From positions 1 to 47,986 of the IMG/VR virus record IMGVR_UViG_3300048856_000013: a stretch of 47,986 nucleotides of DNA. One strand, 5' to 3'. Position numbers and translations under genes: made by a program. This DNA is from a virus. How positions within the stretch are numbered: position 1 is the first letter of the stretch; each line of letters starts with the position of its first letter. Shown here piece by piece: positions 43,097 to 47,986 of the stretch. The notes beneath the pieces were generated by a model. It did no database searches. It saw nothing but the letters and a program-made list of their open reading frames with translations, and was not told the origin of the DNA.

Positions 43097-44807
43097 GCTC
43101 GCGCTGTGACAGGGTCTCGACGGGCATCGAGATTGCTCTGTCTTGATAAAGGGGGGTGAAGCGCACTGCAACGCTTCTTTTTGCTCCAGGCGCACGCGAC
43201 AGAGTTGCCGCCCAGCCAGAAGCCCAAGGGCTTCGCTCGAAGGTCTTCGCAACTGCTTCACTCCGATTTCCGATGAGCAATTCGCCGTCGCGGACGCGCA
43301 TGCCCATTCGCTTGAGGGTGAGGTCGGCATCGCGGGCGCTGACCGGCCCGGTGCCGTCATCGTTGAGGCAGGCGCCGATCAGCTCGGACACCGTGACGCG
43401 CTCAAGGCGACCGCTGGCCAGTGTCACCGTGGCGTCCGCCTGCATGAGCCTGGACAGCGCGCGCTGCCATTCCGGTTCGGCCTGGCTCTCGCGGGCGGTC
43501 TCGCCAACCCAGGCGCGGCTGGCGAGGAACTGGTCCGCCTCTTCGGCCGTCATCACCTTGCGGCTGGTGAGGCTGTAGGCGCCGGCCAGGACAACGCCGA
43601 GGGTGTCGCCTGTGCGGCGCGAGACGCCGCCGCGGGCGATGGCGCTGGCCAGGATCTCCGCATTGACCCGGATGGTGGGCAGCAGGTCGATGGTGCGGGC
43701 CAGCAGGGCGGCGCCGAAGTCCGGCACCATGATATCGGCATGGGCCTGCTTCAGCCGCTTGAAGGCTGCGATCCGCTCGTCATCGTCCTTGCTGGGGGAG
43801 ATGTTGATGACGACGGTGCGGCTTTCGTCGGCGGCCTGATTGAGGCCGAGGTTCACGGAGGCAAAGGCGAAGCAGGAGCGGATGCGGTATCGCACTGAGC
43901 CGCCGTCCTTGGTGCCCTTGACGATATCGGCGCCATCCTCGCTGGAGGCCGCGCGCGCGAGGTCTAGAACCTGCTGCACGCGGGAGCGGTCGATGTCGTT
44001 CTGGGTCTCGGCCTCGTCGAAGACGACTGGCCTGGCATCGAGGCGGAGGGTGGAGCGGATGCCTGCTTCGGTGGTCTTGGACTGGAAATAGGTCGCCATG
44101 GAGCCGAGGACCGGCTTGACGATATTGTCCATGACCCAGGACTTGCCGCCGCCAGCCTCGGAGGTAATCCAGAGGTGCGGCCGCCATGTCATGGCACCGC
44201 AGACGGAAGCGATGACGAGCCATCCAGCCAGGAGGCGGCCGTCGCGGTCGGGGTTCTCCCATGCGACTTCGCAGCAGAGGCGCAGAAGGCCAGAGGCGGC
44301 CTTGTTGTCGAGCGCCGGCGCGATCTGGACTTCCAGCGGGCGGCCCTGCTCGTAAAGGAACGAGCTGTTGAAGGTGGCCGGCGCATGCTGGGCCTCGTCG
44401 GCCAGGATGCGGTCGCCAAGGTGCAGGACTGCCCTGCCCTCATCCATCCAGACGCCGCGGCCGCGCACCTTGTCGGGGTTGTAGATGCCGGCCGCCTCGC
44501 AGGCCCGCATCAGGGCATTGCCGGCCGCCTTTACCAAGAAGCTCTCCTTGCCGCCCGGGTACGCGCCTTCCCACCAGGAGAGAGGCGCAAGGCTCATCAG
44601 CATGGGCGCGCTGTGCACGTCCTTGGCGGTGAGGGTGACGACCTGGCCGGCACCGGCGGGGAGGAAGAAATACTTCCCGCGGTCGTGCCCGAGGCAGCGG
44701 AAGGGCTCGGGTTCCTGACTGGCCTTCGCCGGCTCCGGCGCGCGGTTCGCCTCCAGGGCTTGGTTGAAGTCTTCGATGTCGTGGGGGAACACACCGTCCG
44801 GGCTCAT
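43092..44807 (-). CDS. Replicative primase-helicase-like P-loop NTPase (SF3/P4-D5-like)
   Basis: Start refined to ATG 44807 (ATGA overlap). Walker A SEAGGGKS, Walker B VVFDEAE. Adjacent to the iteron origin. Confidence 0.8.
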   Translation of the reverse strand: MSPDGVFPHDIEDFNQALEANRAPEPAKASQEPEPFRCLGHDRGKYFFLPAGAGQVVTLTAKDVHSAPMLMSLAPLSWWEGAYPGGKESFLVKAAGNALMRACEAAGIYNPDKVRGRGVWMDEGRAVLHLGDRILADEAQHAPATFNSSFLYEQGRPLEVQIAPALDNKAASGLLRLCCEVAWENPDRDGRLLAGWLVIASVCGAMTWRPHLWITSEAGGGKSWVMDNIVKPVLGSMATYFQSKTTEAGIRSTLRLDARPVVFDEAETQNDIDRSRVQQVLDLARAASSEDGADIVKGTKDGGSVRYRIRSCFAFASVNLGLNQAADESRTVVINISPSKDDDERIAAFKRLKQAHADIMVPDFGAALLARTIDLLPTIRVNAEILASAIARGGVSRRTGDTLGVVLAGAYSLTSRKVMTAEEADQFLASRAWVGETARESQAEPEWQRALSRLMQADATVTLASGRLERVTVSELIGACLNDDGTGPVSARDADLTLKRMGMRVRDGELLIGNRSEAVAKTFERSPWASGWAATLSRAPGAKRSVAVRFTPLYQDRAISMPVETLSQREP

Positions 44808-45289
44808 GGCATGGGCCTCCGCAGGCCAACGGCTCGCGCGAGCCGCCAAGCAGCCTTGGCGGTGGTGAGGCCCATTCGCTTCTCCACCAGAGAGATCAGG
44901 TCGGGTCCCTGCAGGGACAGGCTCGGCTCAGACCAGAAGCCGGACGCCATGTCGATGCAGAGGACATGGTCGGCGGTGGGCGTGGCGCGCAGGACGAGGA
45001 CGCGCCCCGGCTCCAGGGCCGGCCACCATTCCGGGTGCAGGTCATAGGCCAGGGCCGGGCCGGTGCTCAGCGAGGCGCACACGGCCGGCAGCCTGTCGAG
45101 GGCATAGGCGTTCAGCCAGTCGCGGTGATAGGCCCAGGCGGGCAGCATGCGGCTGGCGTTGGCGGCGTCAGACCGATAGGCCTTCTCCGCCTCGGCCGGG
45201 GTGGCGGTGAACTTCAGCCACTCGGGCCGGAAGCCGGCGGGCGCACGGTCGAAGCCGACGAAGATGCGGGCGCGCTGCAGGGGCGTCAT
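44804..45289 (-). CDS. Hypothetical replication-module protein
   Basis: Start refined to ATG 45289 (ATGA overlap with the VRR-NUC stop). The rest of ORF 44804-45700 is an out-of-frame shadow. Confidence 0.6.
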   Translation of the reverse strand: MTPLQRARIFVGFDRAPAGFRPEWLKFTATPAEAEKAYRSDAANASRMLPAWAYHRDWLNAYALDRLPAVCASLSTGPALAYDLHPEWWPALEPGRVLVLRATPTADHVLCIDMASGFWSEPSLSLQGPDLISLVEKRMGLTTAKAAWRLARAVGLRRPMP

Positions 45290-45636
45290 TGCGTCAGCCT
45301 CGCGATCACGCGGGCTTGGTCGGGCGAGCGCGCCACGCCGGACAGGCCGCCGGCCTCCCGTACCACTTCGGCCCACTGGACCTGATCCGGGCGCGGGTTT
45401 GCGAACTGGGTCTTGACCTCGATCGACAGGAAGACGGCGACCGCCTGCCCGACCATCTCCGGGGTGATGATCACCTTCCGCCAGCCGATCAGGTCGCCGG
45501 AGCCGGGGTGAAGGCCGAAATGGACGGGGACGCCCCTGGCGTCGGTGAGGACGCCGACGTTGTTGCGGAAGATCTTGACCGCGGGCTCGCGACCGAGATC
45601 GAGGCGGATGCGCTGGAGGATGGCGGCTTCGCTCAT
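45286..45636 (-). CDS. VRR-NUC domain nuclease
   Basis: PD-(D/E)XK pattern GSGDLIGW...FLSIEVKT; 116 aa; follows the SF2 helicase. Confidence 0.8.
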   Translation of the reverse strand: MSEAAILQRIRLDLGREPAVKIFRNNVGVLTDARGVPVHFGLHPGSGDLIGWRKVIITPEMVGQAVAVFLSIEVKTQFANPRPDQVQWAEVVREAGGLSGVARSPDQARVIARLTQ

Positions 45637-47033
45637 GCGGCCGCACTCCGCTGCTGCCGCTCACGCATGATGTGCCGAACCCACCCGTGCTTGTAGCCAC
45701 GGGCCTTGGCGATCTCTTTAAGCTGATCCTCTGTATCGGCGCCGCGCAGCACCTCGCGGAGCGGACGGGTCTTCAGCGCCGCCAGCCGGTCGCCGGACAG
45801 TTCCGACAGTTCGCCCTCGACGTGCTGGATCTCGCGGGCAACGGCCACATAGGCGTGGCCGCACATCGTGCAGGCCGGCGCCGGCGGATGAACCGCAAAG
45901 CACTTAGGGCACTGCCGCGCCGGCGGCACATCGTCCTTCTTCGCCTTCTTCGGTCGGCCTTCCAGGGTCCAGTCGCGCGGGGTCTCCGGCAGGCCGTGCT
46001 TCAGCGTGTTTCCGGCATGGTCCAGGATCAGGAGGTGCGTCTTGCCCGGCGCCGGGCGCAGGCCGCGGCCAACCTGCTGTAGGAAGAGCCCGAGTGATTT
46101 GGTGGGGCGCATCAGGATCACGGCCGACACCGCCGGCACGTCCAGACCTTCGGAGATCAGGTCGCAGGAGCAGAGGACCTGCACGGCGCCGGTGCCGAGA
46201 CCGGCAATGGCCGCATCACGCACGGACATCTCGGATGCGCCGGAGGCAGCGACAGCCTTGAAGCCGGCGGCGCGGAAGGCCTCGGCCATGGCTTCGGCGT
46301 GCGCCACGCTGGGGGAGAACAGGATGGCGGGCTGCCCGGCGGCATGCTTGGCGTAGTGGTTCACCGCGTCTCCGACGATCTGCGGCTTCACCATCGCGCT
46401 CGCCAGGGCGCCGGCCTCGTAATCGCCGCCGCGGGTCCGCACGCCGGTCAGGTCGGGCGCCTCGGCCGGGGCAAAGACGCGGCTGGGGGTCAGGAACCCG
46501 CCCTCGATCAGTTCCGCGACGGTCGGCCCCGTGACCATGGTGTCAAAGGCGCCCCCCACTTCCACGCCGAGGCCGCGGCCGTCCAGGCGCTCCGGCGTCG
46601 CCGTCACGCCGAGGAGGCGCGCATTCGGGTAGGCGCTGCAGACCGTCGCCCACTGACCGGCCACCGCATGGTGCGCCTCGTCAATGACGATCAGGTCTGG
46701 CGCTTCGTAGCGCGGATCGGTCAGGCGGCGGCCCAGCGTCTGGACGGAGGCAACCTGCACGAGATCGCGCGTCGCAGTGTGGCCCGGCGCGATGATGCCA
46801 TGCTGCACGCCGGTCTCGCGCAGTTTCCTGCTTGCCTGCCGGATCAACTCGCGGCGGTGGGCGAGGATCAGCACCCGGCGGCCGCGCGCGGCGGTGCTGG
46901 ACGCGACATAGGAGAACATGACCGTCTTGCCGGCGCCGGTCGGAGCAACGAGCAATGGCGCGCGAGCACCTTGACGGTAGGCGTCACGCACGGCCTCGAC
47001 GGCGCGCTGCTGGTAGTCGCGGAGAGCGATCAT
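45633..47033 (-). CDS. SF2 DEAH-box DNA helicase with C-terminal Cys4 zinc ribbon
   Basis: APTGAGKT, VIDEAHH, and CPKCF...CTMCGH near the C-terminus. Confidence 0.92.
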   Translation of the reverse strand: MIALRDYQQRAVEAVRDAYRQGARAPLLVAPTGAGKTVMFSYVASSTAARGRRVLILAHRRELIRQASRKLRETGVQHGIIAPGHTATRDLVQVASVQTLGRRLTDPRYEAPDLIVIDEAHHAVAGQWATVCSAYPNARLLGVTATPERLDGRGLGVEVGGAFDTMVTGPTVAELIEGGFLTPSRVFAPAEAPDLTGVRTRGGDYEAGALASAMVKPQIVGDAVNHYAKHAAGQPAILFSPSVAHAEAMAEAFRAAGFKAVAASGASEMSVRDAAIAGLGTGAVQVLCSCDLISEGLDVPAVSAVILMRPTKSLGLFLQQVGRGLRPAPGKTHLLILDHAGNTLKHGLPETPRDWTLEGRPKKAKKDDVPPARQCPKCFAVHPPAPACTMCGHAYVAVAREIQHVEGELSELSGDRLAALKTRPLREVLRGADTEDQLKEIAKARGYKHGWVRHIMRERQQRSAAA

Positions 47034-47051
47034 TCGGGGAGCACTCCCCGA

Positions 47052-47447
47052 TTAACCAGCCAAGCATGCACCTTCGCGAGCGATCGACGAATTCGCTTCG
47101 CTCGCCACATGAGGCAACGGTGTCGCGCCAGCATGTATCTGGTCACCAGTGACATATGATGCCTCAGCTTTTGCTATGAGCGCGTCCAGAGAGGCCAACT
47201 CAGCCTCGGCGCGCAGGCGTTGGAGCTTGAGGCGCCGGTAATGCCCCTCGCGGATGCGGAGGTATTCGTCGGCGCCCAGGAAGGTGACTTGATCCCACCA
47301 GTACGAAGCGGCCCGGCGCGGCGTGATGCCGAACAGACGGGCGGCAGCGGCAGTGGCAGCCTTGACACTCCCCGAGATCGCGCGCTCGGCAGTGATGCCG
47401 GCAACGACCCACTCGCGAGCGTCTTGGACGGGATTAATGGCGTGCAT
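47052..47447 (-). CDS. Hypothetical early protein
   Basis: Start refined to ATG 47447 (GGAG 6 nt upstream); 131 aa. Confidence 0.6.
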   Translation of the reverse strand: MHAINPVQDAREWVVAGITAERAISGSVKAATAAAARLFGITPRRAASYWWDQVTFLGADEYLRIREGHYRRLKLQRLRAEAELASLDALIAKAEASYVTGDQIHAGATPLPHVASEANSSIAREGACLAG

Positions 47448-47667
47448 GGCACGCTCCGGTTTGTGCGAAACACACAACACGATGATGCGTCTCCAGGGTC
47501 ATAAGAGGGCCATGGAGAGCAGCACTACGGACTTCGGAAACAGAGACGACATTCACGAGCTGGGGCGGCAACCCCGGCTCGAAGTCGTTTTGGCCCAGCG
47601 CATCGCGCAGCCGCCGAAGAGCCGGGCAGCTATCAGGACGATGCGGTTGACCAGGGGCGCACATCAC
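47434..47667 (-). CDS. Doubtful ORF between the cro-like gene and the next early gene
   Basis: GTGA overlap with the cro-like stop, but third-position G+C is only about 60% by eye versus far higher in neighbouring genes. Confidence 0.3.
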   Translation of the reverse strand: MMCAPGQPHRPDSCPALRRLRDALGQNDFEPGLPPQLVNVVSVSEVRSAALHGPLMTLETHHRVVCFAQTGACHARH

Positions 47668-47885
47668 GCGTGCTCCGCCATGCGGACACGCTCGACGGGC
47701 ACATGATAGAAATCGTTCGCGGTGACGGCGCCGCCCGTGGCTTCGCAGATCGAGGCCAACTCATCGGCGCGCGGACGACGCACGCCGTTTCGCCACCGGC
47801 TGACGGTGTTCGCGGCCACGCCGAGGCGCTGGCCCAGGTCGGAGTTGTTCAGGCCCTCACGGGCCATCCATTCGCGCAACGTCAT
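47664..47885 (-). CDS. Cro-like HTH regulator
   Basis: MTLREWMAREGLNNSDLGQRLGVAANTVSRWRNG HTH. Start moved to ATG 47885, exactly 7 nt after CATAGT of cassette B. The track start at 47927 would put the operators inside the coding sequence. Confidence 0.8.
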   Translation of the reverse strand: MTLREWMAREGLNNSDLGQRLGVAANTVSRWRNGVRRPRADELASICEATGGAVTANDFYHVPVERVRMAEHA

Positions 47886-47889
47886 GGAA

Positions 47890-47934
47890 GGACTATGCCA
47901 TAATGGCATTATCCGGCGCAATACCATCTTGGCA
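47890..47934 (-). promoter_or_regulatory. Promoter-operator cassette B: dyads 47896-47908 (TGCCATAATGGCA, perfect) and 47922-47934, around TTGCGC-N18-CATAGT on the minus strand
   Basis: Reverse complement is 34/45 identical to cassette A, with the same 26-bp dyad spacing. Confidence 0.6.
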
Positions 47935-47948
47935 TGAGACGCGGAATA

Positions 47949-47986
47949 TCTCGAGGCGCTACCATAATGGGATGAGCACTGAGACC
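47949..47986. repeat. Terminal overlap copy 2 (identical to 1-38)
   Basis: Exact 38-nt match to the window start. Confidence 0.95.

Larger units (their letters stand above)
1..47986. mobile_element. Complete circular genome of a temperate contractile-tailed phage, probably maintained as a plasmid-prophage (phage-plasmid)
   Basis: Full terminase/head/tail/baseplate/lysis module, RecET-like and helicase genes, HTH immunity region and ParA partition locus. First 38 nt repeated exactly at the end. No integrase-like ORF seen. Confidence 0.85.

Noticed and set aside
1-47986. tRNA, rRNA, CRISPR, reverse-transcriptase (DGR/retron), methyltransferase or known defence-system genes
   Set aside because: I recognised no cloverleaf-like or repeat-spacer structure by eye, and no RT, MTase, TIR, Sir2 or nuclease-NTPase defence motifs. 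A tRNAscan or HMM scan would be needed to exclude them formally.

Overview
The window is a closed circular replicon: nt 1-38 are repeated exactly at 47949-47986, giving a unique length of 47,948 bp. It is the complete genome of a GC-rich temperate phage with a contractile tail. GcrA-like and PEP-CTERM genes suggest an alphaproteobacterial-type host.

Layout:
- An immunity region spans the circular junction, with three XRE/Cro-type HTH genes and six TGCCA-N3-TGGCA-type dyads.
- A rightward early operon (1383-7905, + strand) carries small unknown genes, a GcrA-like regulator, a RecE-like exonuclease, RecT and a PEP-CTERM protein.
- A plasmid-type maintenance block (7906-10189) holds a parA/RHH-parB-like operon flanked by two AACCA/TGGTT repeat arrays, a winged-HTH Rep-like gene and a small coupled ORF pair.
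- A stand-alone PEP-CTERM gene sits at 10331-10954.
- A roughly 28.6-kb late operon on the minus strand (39571 down to 10951) runs TerS, TerL, portal, MuF, scaffold, capsid, neck, sheath, tube, tape measure, baseplate, a large fibre/spike locus and a lysis cassette.
- A leftward early/replication operon (47885 down to 39663) carries a Cro-like gene, an SF2 helicase, VRR-NUC, an SF3-type helicase and an iteron/AT-rich origin, followed by about ten small genes.

I saw no integrase, excisionase, tRNA, rRNA or CRISPR array. With the par locus, this points to a plasmid-prophage (phage-plasmid) lifestyle.

Most notable observations:
- A two-gene opposite-strand island splits the conserved baseplate genes. 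It carries a Cys-substituted paralogue of the C-terminal domain of the phage's own MuF head-morphogenesis protein.
- Two phage-borne PEP-CTERM proteins.
- A duplicated 45-bp promoter-operator cassette framing the immunity region.
- A strong intrinsic terminator only about 16 nt ahead of the terminase RBS, which implies antitermination control of late genes.

All functional calls come from motif recognition by eye and gene order. No database search was run. Many starts were refined from the ORF track using ATGA/GTGA stop-start overlaps and SD-like sequences.
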